In this document: piece by piece, positions 20,523 through 30,804 of the stretch
Position numbering within the stretch: the first letter of the stretch is position 1
How the letters are laid out: the number at the start of each line of letters is the position of its first letter
Source: Candidatus Latescibacterota bacterium
GTDB lineage: Bacteria > Krumholzibacteriota > Krumholzibacteriia > WVZY01 > JAKEHA01
NCBI GenBank assembly: GCA_963707635.1
Contig: OY970173.1
Location: 448,001-512,000, forward strand
Reading direction: 5' to 3'
DNA length: 64,000 bases
The notes under the pieces: model-generated
What the model was told of the DNA's origin: nothing
Database searches by the model: none
The model's input: only the letters and a program-made list of their open reading frames with translations
Translations under genes and position numbers: made by a program

Positions 20523-21827
20523 CTGGTAAAGCGCGCCTTTGAAGTCATCACCCGCGCGCGGGTCGAGAGAGCCTATCTGGTCGGTGTGAACCTCCCCGGG
20601 GGTTCCATGACCGCCGCGCACGAACACCTGGACGAGCTGGAGCAGCTCGCCGCCACGGCGGGCGCCGACGTCATCGGCCGCACGCTGCAGGGCCGCACCC
20701 GCATCAACCCCACGACCTTCATCGGCGAAGGCAAGGTTCGCGAGCTCAAGGAATTCTGCGACAACTGGGCGGTGAATCTGGTCGTATTCGACGACGACCT
20801 GGCTCCCGCGCAGGCCAAGAACCTCGAAAAGCAGCTCAACGTCCGCGTCATCGATCGCACCGAACTGATTCTCGACATCTTCGCGCGCCACGCGAAGACG
20901 CAGCAGTCGAAGATCCAGGTCGAGCTCGCGCAGCTCGAGTACGCGCTGCCGCGACTGAAACACTTCTGGCAGCACCTCGAACGCCAGGCCGGCGGTATCG
21001 GCACGCGCGGTCCCGGTGAAACCCAGCTCGAAGTCGACCGCCGGAAGATCCACCAGCGCATTTCAACCCTGAAGCGCCAGTTGAAGAAGATCGACCAGCG
21101 CCGCGAGACGCTTCGCCGCGCGCGCAACGGGCGGCGCGTGGCGGCGCTGATCGGCTACACCAACGCCGGCAAGTCGACCGTCATGCAGCGGTTGACGGGC
21201 GCCGACGTGCTCGTGCGCGATCAGCTCTTCGCCACCCTCGACACGACCACGCGGCGCATGAACGGCCACAACGGCAACGGCAACGATCACGACGTGCTCC
21301 TGATCGACACGGTGGGATTCATCCGCAAGCTCCCCGACCATCTGAAAACGAGCTTCAAGGCGACGCTCGAGGACACAGCGCAGGCGGAGCTGTACCTTCA
21401 CGTGGTGGACGTCTCGCACCCGGCGTGGGAAGAACAGATGGACATCACGGACACGACGGTGCGTTCGATCGACAACCCGGACGCGAAGACGCTCTACGTC
21501 TTCAACAAGATCGACCGGGTGTCACCGGAGCTGCTCGAGGGCATGCGCGTCCGCTTCCCGGACGCCGTGCAAGTCTCGGCGGCGGATGGCGTCGGCATGG
21601 GCGAGCTTCGGGAGCGGATCGACGAGTTCTTCTTCGGCCGCAACGTGCGCGTCGAGGTGGTGGTCCCGGCCGGGGACGGCAAGACGATCTCGCTGGTGCG
21701 GGGGCTGATCCACGACGCATACAACGCGTACGACCAGGATCTCTGCGTGGTCAGCGGGTCGATCGAGTCGAAACAGATGGGGCGACTGGAAGCGATCCCG
21801 GGCTTGCAAGTCCGCTACTTGATGTAG
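20523..21827 (+). CDS. hflX: Ribosome-splitting GTPase HflX (probable CTG start)
   Basis: ERAYLVGV, ELEQLAATAG, DRTELILDIFARHA, GPGETQLE, GYTNAGKST, LFATLD, DTVGFI, NKID. Confidence 0.93.
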   Translation: MVKRAFEVITRARVERAYLVGVNLPGGSMTAAHEHLDELEQLAATAGADVIGRTLQGRTRINPTTFIGEGKVRELKEFCDNWAVNLVVFDDDLAPAQAKNLEKQLNVRVIDRTELILDIFARHAKTQQSKIQVELAQLEYALPRLKHFWQHLERQAGGIGTRGPGETQLEVDRRKIHQRISTLKRQLKKIDQRRETLRRARNGRRVAALIGYTNAGKSTVMQRLTGADVLVRDQLFATLDTTTRRMNGHNGNGNDHDVLLIDTVGFIRKLPDHLKTSFKATLEDTAQAELYLHVVDVSHPAWEEQMDITDTTVRSIDNPDAKTLYVFNKIDRVSPELLEGMRVRFPDAVQVSAADGVGMGELRERIDEFFFGRNVRVEVVVPAGDGKTISLVRGLIHDAYNAYDQDLCVVSGSIESKQMGRLEAIPGLQVRYLM

Positions 21828-21834
21828 TTTGCCG

Positions 21835-21878
21835 CGCGGGTCCTGGCGCCGACAGCCCGGTGCGCCACCCGCTCGTGC
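21835..21878 (+). repeat. Internally deleted copy of the ~98-bp dispersed hairpin repeat
   Basis: CGCGGGTCCTGGCGCCGACAGCCCGGTGCG joined directly to CCACCCGCTCGTGC; both ends match 36502-36603. Confidence 0.8.
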
Positions 21879-21890
21879 ACCAACTTCCAC

Positions 21891-21980
21891 GGGCGATATA
21901 TCGGGCGAAGCGCGATCTCGCGAGTCGCGCGTACCCACTTGTGCGCGCGAGCGGTGAGCGCGGAGTCCGATATATCGCCC
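21891..21980. repeat. 90-bp element bounded by perfect 14-bp inverted repeats (REPIN/MITE-like)
   Basis: GGGCGATATATCGG (21891-21904) / CCGATATATCGCCC (21967-21980). Confidence 0.7.
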
Positions 21981-21995
21981 GCTAGACTTCCCGCG

Positions 21996-23417
21996 CTACT
22001 TCTTCGAGAGCTTCGTCCGCACCAGAATCCAGGTCGTAATCCGTTCCAGCGCCAGCGGGGACATCGTCTCCTCGATGGTCCGGTATTCGGACACCGAACC
22101 CGTGGTCGCGGTCTGGAACAGGTGGTTCAGTTTGGGGAGCACCGCCGTTTCCACGTCCTCGTTGCCTCCCTGGTGGAGCGCCTTCTCGATGGCGGGGAGG
22201 TTTTGCGCCGGCGGAACCTGCAGGTCGAGCTCTCCGTTGAGCGCGAGTACCGGCACCTTCACGCGACGAAGCGTTCTCGCCGGGTCATAGGTGAGCAGGT
22301 ATCGAAACCACGGCGAATTCACCATCGTCACACTGCCCTCGGCCGATGCTTTGGCCGCGTCGCGTTGCGCAGCCGGCAACTGCGCCAGCAGCGCGTCGAC
22401 CTCGGCCTTCAGCTCCGGCTCGGCGGCCGCCGGGTCCGACTCCCTGCGAACGATTTCGAACATTCTCTCCTGCGTGCGCTCGTTCATATCGATGAACGCG
22501 GGGTCCGCGCCGCCCGCTTCGAGAAGCAGCCTGGCTTGCTCGCGAAGCAGCACCGCGATGGGAACACCGGGCCCCGCGAGCAGCACGATGAACGCGACGT
22601 CGGTGGAGCGCGTGGCCACCATGGGCGCGACGTAACCGCCTTCGCTGTGACCGATGAGCCCGATTCGCTTCGGGTCGATCTCGCGGCGAGTCTTGAGATA
22701 CGCCACGCCCGCCAGTACGTCGGAGGCGAAGTCCTCGGTGGTCGCGGCGGCGAACACCCCTTTCGATTTGCCCACCCCGCGGTCGTCGACGCGGAGCACA
22801 GCGATGCCGTTGCGAGTCAGGTGGTCGGCAAGGACCAGAAACGGCCGATGCCCCATCAAGGACTCGTCGCGGTCCTGCGGACCCGAGCCGCTGATCAACA
22901 ACACCGCGGGGTGCGGGCCCTTGCCCTCGGGAATGGTCAGGGTTCCCGCGAGGGTCACGCCCGCGGCCGGATTCGAATAGGTCACGTCTTCGCTCGCGTA
23001 GGGATAGGGGGGCTTCGGTTCCTGGGGGCGCTTCGGGGTGAGCGCGGCCGCGTCGTCGGTGCGCGTCAGCCGGAGCGGCAACTTCGTCCCGCGCTGCGTG
23101 AAATCGCCGGCCAGCTCGTTCCCGTCGTCGGAGAGCGTGCCGTCGTAGCTCGCGCCCAGCGCGTTCATCTCGAAATGGAGCGCGCGACCCTGCAGCGCAA
23201 TGACGTCGATGGGGATGCCGTTCGCGCCCTGGTCGACGCTGTCCATGGTGGCGCGCAGCGCCCCGCTCTCGCCGCGGGTGACGTGGAGAATAAGATGGAG
23301 CTGCACGGCGCCGATCTCGAGCGCCCCGGCCCAGTCGCCGACGATGTCGGCGGGAGCCGCCCAGGCACCCGTCACGAGCGCGCAGAGCATGAGGATCACG
23401 GCGTGTCGTTTCAGCAT
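21996..23417 (-). CDS. Secreted alpha/beta hydrolase (serine peptidase/esterase-like)
   Basis: Signal peptide; GSGPQDRDE, DDRGVG, GHSEGG nucleophile elbow, DLQV, LNHLFQ. Confidence 0.88.
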   Translation of the reverse strand: MLKRHAVILMLCALVTGAWAAPADIVGDWAGALEIGAVQLHLILHVTRGESGALRATMDSVDQGANGIPIDVIALQGRALHFEMNALGASYDGTLSDDGNELAGDFTQRGTKLPLRLTRTDDAAALTPKRPQEPKPPYPYASEDVTYSNPAAGVTLAGTLTIPEGKGPHPAVLLISGSGPQDRDESLMGHRPFLVLADHLTRNGIAVLRVDDRGVGKSKGVFAAATTEDFASDVLAGVAYLKTRREIDPKRIGLIGHSEGGYVAPMVATRSTDVAFIVLLAGPGVPIAVLLREQARLLLEAGGADPAFIDMNERTQERMFEIVRRESDPAAAEPELKAEVDALLAQLPAAQRDAAKASAEGSVTMVNSPWFRYLLTYDPARTLRRVKVPVLALNGELDLQVPPAQNLPAIEKALHQGGNEDVETAVLPKLNHLFQTATTGSVSEYRTIEETMSPLALERITTWILVRTKLSKK

Positions 23418-23444
23418 TGCTCCTGCCGTCTGTTCGCGCCGGCG

Positions 23445-24746
23445 CTACGGCATCTCCGGGAGGCGTTCGCGCGCCTCGGTCCGCTTCGCGTACAGCGCGT
23501 AGAACTGTCCCTTCACGCTGTCGAGCCTCGGCGCGCGGGCTTTCTGCTCGTAGTTCACGTCGAGTTGGGTCAGCACGAAGTACGACAACCCCGCGAATGC
23601 CAGCGGGACCAGATACGGGAGACGCCGCCGCCACGGCCGCTGATACAGCAGCTGCGCCGCCAGCACCGTCCCCGAGGCCAGGATCATGTGGAATCCCACC
23701 GACACCAGGTAGAGGAAACGGATATCCAGCCAGTCCTCCGGAAAGCGGAAGAAACAAAAGGGCGCCACCACGATGTACGTCCAGGCGATGAAGAACCGGA
23801 TGACACGGTTGCCGAACACGAAGCCGAACACCGAATACGAGACGATGCAGAACAGAATGACCAGCCGGATCGCGGTGGCGAACTCGTAGATGAACTTCAC
23901 CACCGGGCCCGCGCCGGTCACCAGCGTGGACGAGTGAATGGGAAACACCATGCGCACCAGGTACGACGCCAGGTTGCGGGGGACGGACCACGAAACTATT
24001 TCCAGGTCGGACGCCCCCGGGATGGCGCGCTGGATCGAGAGCTTGATGGCGAGCACCACGAAGGCCAGTCCGGCGAAGACAACGAGGTTGCGGTCGAATA
24101 TCTTGCGGCCCGTCTGCTCGCGAAAGAACAGGTTGAACGCCAGCATCAACCCCAGCAGGCTGAACGACGTCGTCTTCGACAGCAGGCACAGCGTGAAAAA
24201 CGTGAGGCAGAGGTTGAAATTTCTCCGCCAGATCGCACCGTTTTCCTGGAGCTCGTTCTTCACGTAGAAGACCATGGTGAGCAGCGTCAGCGCGGTGATC
24301 AGCAGGTCGCTGATCCCCGAGACCGTCATCACCGATTTCCCGTAGTTCCCCACCGCGCACTCGAACAGGAGCCCCGAGAGGACGGCGATCGCCCGGTCCT
24401 TCAGAAGGGTCCGGACCAGGTAGTAGACCAGGAAGGCGTTTGCGGAATGCACGAAAATGTTGAAGAGGTAGTACGCCTTTGCATCGAGCTGGAAGGCCTG
24501 GAACTCCAGGAAGAAGACCAGATTCGGGAGCGGCTGGAAGGTCTCGTGGAGGCGGGTGGAGAACACTTCCCTCCAGTTGCCCTCGATCCGCAGCGCCTGG
24601 ATCAGGTACTGCCAGTCGTCCCCGTGCCAGAAGGTGTTGTCGCGCACCAGCGCGAAGAAAACCAGCCCGATCGCGTTGAGAAGGAGGAGAAACGCCAGCT
24701 CTTTGGGGCGGGATGGGCGTTTCGCTGGGGTCGCTTCGGTGGTCAT
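23445..24746 (-). CDS. Polytopic membrane protein, GT-C/ArnT-PMT-like glycosyltransferase
   Basis: N-terminal GDDW motif after first TM, FQPL, H..N..LVY, LLSK, RFLY; many TM helices. Confidence 0.6.
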   Translation of the reverse strand: MTTEATPAKRPSRPKELAFLLLLNAIGLVFFALVRDNTFWHGDDWQYLIQALRIEGNWREVFSTRLHETFQPLPNLVFFLEFQAFQLDAKAYYLFNIFVHSANAFLVYYLVRTLLKDRAIAVLSGLLFECAVGNYGKSVMTVSGISDLLITALTLLTMVFYVKNELQENGAIWRRNFNLCLTFFTLCLLSKTTSFSLLGLMLAFNLFFREQTGRKIFDRNLVVFAGLAFVVLAIKLSIQRAIPGASDLEIVSWSVPRNLASYLVRMVFPIHSSTLVTGAGPVVKFIYEFATAIRLVILFCIVSYSVFGFVFGNRVIRFFIAWTYIVVAPFCFFRFPEDWLDIRFLYLVSVGFHMILASGTVLAAQLLYQRPWRRRLPYLVPLAFAGLSYFVLTQLDVNYEQKARAPRLDSVKGQFYALYAKRTEARERLPEMP

Positions 24747-24934
24747 GGATGGTCGGCGGAACCCTACGAGGTGCCCTGGCGCCGCCTGGTGGCGGGATGA
24801 TACTGGTCGACTTCGGGGCGCGTCCAGCGGTTTGGAATATTGCTTGCTGCATTTTTCGACCCGGTGCTATAAGCGACTCACTTTGCCCGCCGCCGCGGCT
24901 CGTGGTGCGCCGCGCGACGAGGAGAAATCGACCG

Positions 24935-25768
24935 ATGACCGGCATGAACGAGAGGACGCACGTGGGACCGCTCCGCTTCGGCGCGGCCGAATACACGTCG
25001 ATTCGCCCGCTCCTGTACGGACTCCTGCGCGGCGAGTCGGACGCGCACGTGTCGTTCGAGCCGCCGGGTGCCATCGTGGAATCGTTCGCGCGCGGCCGCT
25101 ATGACGCCGCACTCGTGCCCAGCATCGAGTACCTGCGCGGCGTGGGCCGCATGCTCCTCGCCGGCCCCGCCCTCGTCGGCCGGGCCGCGCCGGCCGGCGT
25201 CGTACTGGTCGCGCAGAAGCCGCTCGACGAACTCGAGCGGATCGCGGTGGGCGAATTCTGCCGCACGCCGGTCGCGGCGCTTCGCATCATCCTGGGCGAG
25301 CAGCACCGCGTGTATCCCGACCTCATGGTCGAGAAGCGCATCGCCGAAGACGACTGGCGCGACCGTTACGACGCCGCGCTCCTGACCGGCGACTCGGCTC
25401 TGCTCGAACTGACCGCCGAGAAGAGCGAGGGGCTGGTCCGCTACAACGTGACCGAGATGTGGAAAGCCCTCACCAAGACCCCGCTCGTCCACGCGGTGTG
25501 GGTGTACGACGACGCCGAGCGCGGCGACGAAATCGCGCAGGTCTTGCGCGAGTCGCGCGACCTCGGCGTGACCCGCCTCACCGCCATATCGGAAGAGGTC
25601 TCGCGCATCAAGGGCGTGGATGCCATGGTCCTCTACGACTACTTCACCCGCGCGTGGTCCTACGACCTGGGCGAGCGCGAGCTGGAAGGCCTGCGCACGC
25701 TCAACGACCTCGCGCGAAAGTATGACCTGATCCGCGAGAACCGCCTGGCCGTGGTGGCCAGGGCCTAG
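24935..25768 (+). CDS. Divergent MqnA-family (MqnA/MqnD periplasmic-binding fold) protein
   Basis: PLLYGL, DAALVPSIEY, DAALLTGDSAL, W...T..PLVHAVW, YDLGERELEGL; RBS GAGGAG. Confidence 0.72.
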   Translation: MTGMNERTHVGPLRFGAAEYTSIRPLLYGLLRGESDAHVSFEPPGAIVESFARGRYDAALVPSIEYLRGVGRMLLAGPALVGRAAPAGVVLVAQKPLDELERIAVGEFCRTPVAALRIILGEQHRVYPDLMVEKRIAEDDWRDRYDAALLTGDSALLELTAEKSEGLVRYNVTEMWKALTKTPLVHAVWVYDDAERGDEIAQVLRESRDLGVTRLTAISEEVSRIKGVDAMVLYDYFTRAWSYDLGERELEGLRTLNDLARKYDLIRENRLAVVARA

Positions 25769-25940
25769 ATCCGGAGTCCGTTTCGCACGGCCGCAGTTAC
25801 ACCGCGGCCGCCCCTCCACGCTTCGAATTACTCCTGAACAACGTCTGGCGCGCCCGCGCATCGGCCTTCGAGCGCCACTCCCTCGTGGCGAGGATGGTGA
25901 GAATGCGATATGCTGAGCGGCACGCTACCGGAGGTCTTCC

Positions 25941-26294
25941 ATGTCGGACATGGTCCGAGAATTCAACGAGTACCGTCGCCGGATGAACGACCGCATCCTC
26001 GCGACCGATAACCTCGTCGTCAAACGCTTCTTCAACCTGGACACGAACACGTACCAGGAAGGCGCCCTCCCGGTGAAGACCAAGGAGATGCTGGGGCTGG
26101 CGGCGTCGATGGTGCTGCGCTGCGACGACTGCATCCGCTACCACATCCAGCAATGCCACGAGGCCGGGGTCACGCGCGAAGAGTTCTTCGAAGTGTTCGG
26201 CGTGGGGCTGGTGGTGGGCGGTTCGATCACGATTCCGCACATGCGCCGCGCCGTGGAATTCCTGGATGCGCTGGAGAGTGCGGGGCGCAAGTAG
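25941..26294 (+). CDS. Carboxymuconolactone decarboxylase / AhpD-like protein
   Basis: GALPVKTKEMLGL..S.VLRCDDCIRYH; RBS GGAGG. Confidence 0.88.
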   Translation: MSDMVREFNEYRRRMNDRILATDNLVVKRFFNLDTNTYQEGALPVKTKEMLGLAASMVLRCDDCIRYHIQQCHEAGVTREEFFEVFGVGLVVGGSITIPHMRRAVEFLDALESAGRK

Positions 26295-26297
26295 CTC

Positions 26298-27278
26298 ATG
26301 TGGAAGCCCATCCGGCAGTTCATCGAGCGGCACGACGCATTCCTCATCACCTCGCACATCAATCCCGACGGTGACGCGATCGGGTCGGAAATCGCGCTGG
26401 CGCTGTTCCTGCGCCAGATCGGCAAGCGAGCCCTCATCGTCAACTCGACCGACATGCCGGACGCGCTGCGCTTTCTCGACCCCGAGAACGAGATTCGCGT
26501 CTACAGCGACCGGGGCTCCCGCGAGCTGATCGAGGGCGTCGACGCCGCCATCATCGTCGACGTGAACAACTGGGAGCACCTCGGCCACATTGGCGAGGCA
26601 CTGCAGAATCGGTCTCTCCCGCGCGCGTGCATCGATCACCACCAGGACACGGCGCCCGGGTTCGCGGACTACACCGTCAGCGACACCAGCGCGGCCGCGG
26701 TGGGGCTCTTGATCCTCGAACTCGTGCGCGCGATGGACGGACGCCTGACGCGGCCGATCGCGGAGGCGATGTATGCCGCCATCATCACCGACACCGGGAC
26801 GTTTCGCTTTTCGAATACGGATGCGCGCGTGCTCCGCGCGTCCGCGGATCTGTGCGACGCGGGCGTCAACGCCTTCGAGATGCACCGCCGGGTGTTCGGG
26901 AGCAAGAGCTGGGGCGCGGGCCGGCTGCTCGGCCCGGTGTTGAGCACGCTCGACTCGGCCGCGGGCGGAAAGCTCGCTGTCATGTCGGCGACGCTCGAGA
27001 TGGTGAACAACGCCGGCGCGAACTACGACGACATGGACGGTTTCGTCGACCTCGTGCGCGCGATCAAGGGCGTAGAGCTGGTCGTCTTCTTCAAGGAAAC
27101 GGTGGAAGGCGACGTCAAGGTGTCGCTGCGCTCCAACGGCAACGTGGACGCGCACGCGATCGCCAAGCACTTCGGGGGCGGCGGGCACACGATGGCGTCG
27201 GGGATGCGGGTGCCCGGGCCGATGGCGAGCGCGATCGAGCGGGTCACGAGAGAGTGTGTGCGGCTCGCGGGGTTCTAG
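26298..27278 (+). CDS. nrnA: DHH/DHHA1 phosphoesterase (NrnA-like oligoribonuclease/pAp phosphatase)
   Basis: HINPDGDAIGS, IDHH, TDTGTF, SLRS, GGGGH. Confidence 0.88.
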   Translation: MWKPIRQFIERHDAFLITSHINPDGDAIGSEIALALFLRQIGKRALIVNSTDMPDALRFLDPENEIRVYSDRGSRELIEGVDAAIIVDVNNWEHLGHIGEALQNRSLPRACIDHHQDTAPGFADYTVSDTSAAAVGLLILELVRAMDGRLTRPIAEAMYAAIITDTGTFRFSNTDARVLRASADLCDAGVNAFEMHRRVFGSKSWGAGRLLGPVLSTLDSAAGGKLAVMSATLEMVNNAGANYDDMDGFVDLVRAIKGVELVVFFKETVEGDVKVSLRSNGNVDAHAIAKHFGGGGHTMASGMRVPGPMASAIERVTRECVRLAGF

Positions 27279-27281
27279 GGG

Positions 27282-29315
27282 TCACTCCACGGTCAGTTCC
27301 CACACCGCGATCTCATCGGTCGCGAACTTCCTTTGAAACACGTCTGCGTGGTCGTCGAACCGCACGGGCACGGTGGTGCGATCGTCCCCGTGCATCCGCC
27401 CGTGTATCCGAAAGACGACGAACACGCGGCGCTGGAGCGAGCGTAGCCGCGCGAGGTCGTCCGCCGACGGGCCGGCCGGGGAGAACACGGTGTCGCGGAG
27501 CCGCTTCCGCGCGCTCATCTCGTCTGCCGGGTAGCCCCAGTTGCGCGCGTAGGTGTCGTTCCCCCAGTAGAGGTCGCGCGAGGCCAGCACGGGGACGCGC
27601 ACGATATCGTCCGCCTCCAGAAAGACCGCGTCGCGAGGCGCGGTCGTCCGAATCCACGCGTACGCCGCCCGCTCTCCCTCGGAAACGACGGCCGTGGACG
27701 CGTCCCGCACCGCGTGGTGGTAGTAGAGTAGGTGGAGCGGCAGCGATGCGCTCGCGACCACGGCCAGCGCGGCGCGACGAGCGCCCGCGTGGTTCCACAG
27801 CCGCTCGAACGCCCCTACCGCCAGCGCGGCCAGCGGGAGTTGGAGGAGAAAGGCGAACTTGGTCTCGTTGTTGGTTGTGAGATCGACGGTGAGCGCTCCG
27901 ATCAACACCCACAGCGTCCACAGCGCGAGCATGCCCGTCGCGCTCACGCTCAGCTCGGCAAAGGCGCGCGCTCCGATGATCTCCGGCGTGTCGCGATGTT
28001 CGCTGGACCGACGGAAGAAGACGAGCGCGAGCACGAGTGCGGGGAGGATGTCGGCCAGGAGCCCGAGCGCGTAGGCCGGCTGGAACGCGAGGCCCACCCC
28101 CGGTCCGCCGCCGCCGCTCTGAGCGGCCACCGATCGGAGGTACGGAATCGTTACCGCCACACCGAGCACGATCCAGCCAAGCAGGCGCACGTACGCGGGC
28201 CCGCCGCGCGACGGTTGCGCGCGGATCCACAGCAGGAGTGCCAGCACCAGCGCAGTGGCGAGCGCGAGTGTCACCCCGGTAACGACGTGCATCGCCAGCG
28301 TTCCCGCGATGCAAAGCACAAACGCCACGTCGTGTCGGCTGCTCCACGCGCCCCGCCGGGCGCTCAGCAAGAGGTACAGCAACGACGCCGCCAGCCCGAG
28401 CGTGAGCGAGAAGGCGGTTCCGACCATGAACTTGTCGAGGAACATGAACTGATTGCCCTCGACCGAGACGAGGTTGAAGGCGGTGGCGTGACCGGCCGGC
28501 GTCCACGGGAAGAATTGGCGGAGCAACTCGAGGCCGTGCGACCGGCCGGCGAGCGCGCGCGCGAGCCGCAGCGGATAGAAGAGATAGAACCAGCCGTTCA
28601 TCGCGAACAGCCACACGCACAGCCCGAGCACACGCGGGCCCGCGCGGCGGGAAAACAGCCCCGACAGGGCGTGAAACGCCAGCGCGCACGAGGTGAGTGC
28701 GATCGCATTCACCAGGATCATGGCGCGGAAGAAGTCGATGCCGGTCAGGGACGCGCACGCGGAGAGGATCGCGTGATAGCAGTACGGGTACTGAAGACGC
28801 AAGCCCGCGAAGTACGGATCCGTCAGGGGCAGGCCGTCGCGGGTGAGCTTGTCCGCCACCGCGGCGTGGAACCAGCTGTCCTCGCGCCAGCGCCACCAGG
28901 TGTCGGTCAGAGGGAGTGCGAACGCCATCACCGCGGCGGCCGCGATCGCCAGCCCCACCAGCGCGCCGGTCCGATGACCGGTGGAGACTGTCTCCCCCGG
29001 CGCCGATGACCGGCCCCACGCGACGAACAGCGCGAGCCCGGCCGCCACGCCGATCCACGCCGCCACGTTCACGTGCAGACCCGCGAACAGCGCGAGCAAC
29101 GTGAACGCCGCGAACATGACGGGAGACAACGCCGTGCCGACCCCGAGCGCCGCGTCGCGCGAACTCCGGGGTGCGACCGCGAGGCCGGGCAGGACGCCGA
29201 TCGCCAGGAACGCCGCCGCGACGCGCGCCGCCGTCGACGGGACTGCGAGCAGGCCCACGACAGCTGCCGCCGTCACGATCCGATGCGATACGCGATCGAA
29301 GACGACGGCTCTCAT
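27282..29315 (-). CDS. Large polytopic membrane protein, possibly GT-C fold
   Basis: Many TM segments; EDSWFH, DPYFAG..L.Y.Y.YH; C-terminal AYAWIR..AP.DAVFLE domain. Confidence 0.6.
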   Translation of the reverse strand: MRAVVFDRVSHRIVTAAAVVGLLAVPSTAARVAAAFLAIGVLPGLAVAPRSSRDAALGVGTALSPVMFAAFTLLALFAGLHVNVAAWIGVAAGLALFVAWGRSSAPGETVSTGHRTGALVGLAIAAAAVMAFALPLTDTWWRWREDSWFHAAVADKLTRDGLPLTDPYFAGLRLQYPYCYHAILSACASLTGIDFFRAMILVNAIALTSCALAFHALSGLFSRRAGPRVLGLCVWLFAMNGWFYLFYPLRLARALAGRSHGLELLRQFFPWTPAGHATAFNLVSVEGNQFMFLDKFMVGTAFSLTLGLAASLLYLLLSARRGAWSSRHDVAFVLCIAGTLAMHVVTGVTLALATALVLALLLWIRAQPSRGGPAYVRLLGWIVLGVAVTIPYLRSVAAQSGGGGPGVGLAFQPAYALGLLADILPALVLALVFFRRSSEHRDTPEIIGARAFAELSVSATGMLALWTLWVLIGALTVDLTTNNETKFAFLLQLPLAALAVGAFERLWNHAGARRAALAVVASASLPLHLLYYHHAVRDASTAVVSEGERAAYAWIRTTAPRDAVFLEADDIVRVPVLASRDLYWGNDTYARNWGYPADEMSARKRLRDTVFSPAGPSADDLARLRSLQRRVFVVFRIHGRMHGDDRTTVPVRFDDHADVFQRKFATDEIAVWELTVE

Positions 29316-29334
29316 GGAGCGACGGACGAGTGTC

Positions 29335-29973
29335 TTATCCGACGGCAGCCGGGACGGTGCGGGGCTTCAGGATTCGGTAGATGTACGCGAGCGCGAGTCC
29401 GCTGATCGGCGCGGTCACCAGCAGCCCGACGCCGAGGCAGAGCGCGCCCAGGAAATTGAGGCCGCAGAGCAGAATAAAGAAGAGGAAGAGATCGAGCGTG
29501 TACCCGCGCGTCATGTCCCAGCTGCGCTGGAGGGCTTCGATCGGTCCGACGCGGTCGTCGACGATCGCGAAGCCGACGAACATGAGCCGGAGCATCATCA
29601 CGATCCCGGGCACGACCAGCAGGCACAACCCCAGCGTCACCGCGACGGTGAGAACGATCGAGGCGCCGATCCACACGTAGAAGCGTTGCGCGCCGTCCAT
29701 CAAGGACTCGAACACGGGCCGCTCTCCGTCGCGCAGGCGCAAATAGATCTTGAAGACGCCGAGCATCAGCGTGGCCGCTACGGCCGCGCCGATGATCCAC
29801 AGCGCAACGTGCTGCGCGTCGCTCTTCAGCACCAACCGGCTGGCGGCCTCGATGACCAGGGGAATGCCCCACGCGGCCAGGGTGACGCCGACGAGAAACC
29901 CGAAATGCTTCTGCAGGGTCGCCCACCCGAAGTGGACGGCGTCACCCAGCGGAAGGCCTTTGGTGTTCGGCAT
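29335..29973 (-). CDS. Hypothetical integral membrane protein
   Basis: LLVVPGI, GPIEALQRSW..TRG, LCLGVGLLVTAP; hydrophobic profile. Confidence 0.7.
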   Translation of the reverse strand: MPNTKGLPLGDAVHFGWATLQKHFGFLVGVTLAAWGIPLVIEAASRLVLKSDAQHVALWIIGAAVAATLMLGVFKIYLRLRDGERPVFESLMDGAQRFYVWIGASIVLTVAVTLGLCLLVVPGIVMMLRLMFVGFAIVDDRVGPIEALQRSWDMTRGYTLDLFLFFILLCGLNFLGALCLGVGLLVTAPISGLALAYIYRILKPRTVPAAVG

Positions 29974-30078
29974 GGCCCTACCTTACACCCATCGGGGCGG
30001 ACTTGTCAGCCGTGACTCCATGCGCCATGATGGAGTGTCCGCCTGTCCAGCACCCCGAATCCCCGAGGTCGGCCTGTA

Positions 30079-30804
30079 ATGATTGAACCTGCTTCCCGAC
30101 TGCTGCTGTTGAGTAACTCGCGCAACGTGGGCGGGGGCTACCTGGACCACGCGGAAGGCTGGATCCGGGCGGCTCTCCAGGGCATCACCCGGGCCGTCTT
30201 CGTCCCCTACGCCGGGGTGACCCTCGCCTGGGACGAGTACGCGGGCACGGTGACGAACCGGTTCGCAGCGTTCGGAGTGAGCGTGACATCGGTGCACACG
30301 TCCAAGCACCCGGTGCGGGAAGTCGAGGGCGCGGCGGCCGTGATCGTCGGGGGTGGAAATACGTTTCATCTGCTCAAACACCTGTACGAAACCGGCACGC
30401 TCTGGGCAATTCGGGCGCGGGTGCGCGCGGGGGCACCGTACGTAGGATGGAGCGCGGGGTCGAACGTCGCGTGTCCGACGATCCGGACCACCAACGACAT
30501 GCCGATCGTGGAACCGGCCCGTCTCGACGCGATGCGCCTGGTTCCCTTTCAGATCAACCCGCACTACACCGACGCCGTGCTCCCCAACCACGGCGGCGAG
30601 ACCCGCGCGCAACGCATTGCGGAGTTCATCGCGGCCAACCCGACGATGACCGTGGTGGGATTGCCGGAAGGAAGCGCGATCGATGTCGCCGCCGGCGCGG
30701 CGACGCTCCTCGGTGCGCACTCGGCGAGAATATTCCGAAGCGGCCGGGAACCGTTCGATGTGAATCCAGGTTCGATGAGTGAGGCATGGGAGGCGCAATC
30801 ATGA
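30079..30804 (+). CDS. pepE: Dipeptidase E (peptidase S51)
   Basis: [45 protein letters not shown]. Confidence 0.93.
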   Translation: MIEPASRLLLLSNSRNVGGGYLDHAEGWIRAALQGITRAVFVPYAGVTLAWDEYAGTVTNRFAAFGVSVTSVHTSKHPVREVEGAAAVIVGGGNTFHLLKHLYETGTLWAIRARVRAGAPYVGWSAGSNVACPTIRTTNDMPIVEPARLDAMRLVPFQINPHYTDAVLPNHGGETRAQRIAEFIAANPTMTVVGLPEGSAIDVAAGAATLLGAHSARIFRSGREPFDVNPGSMSEAWEAQS

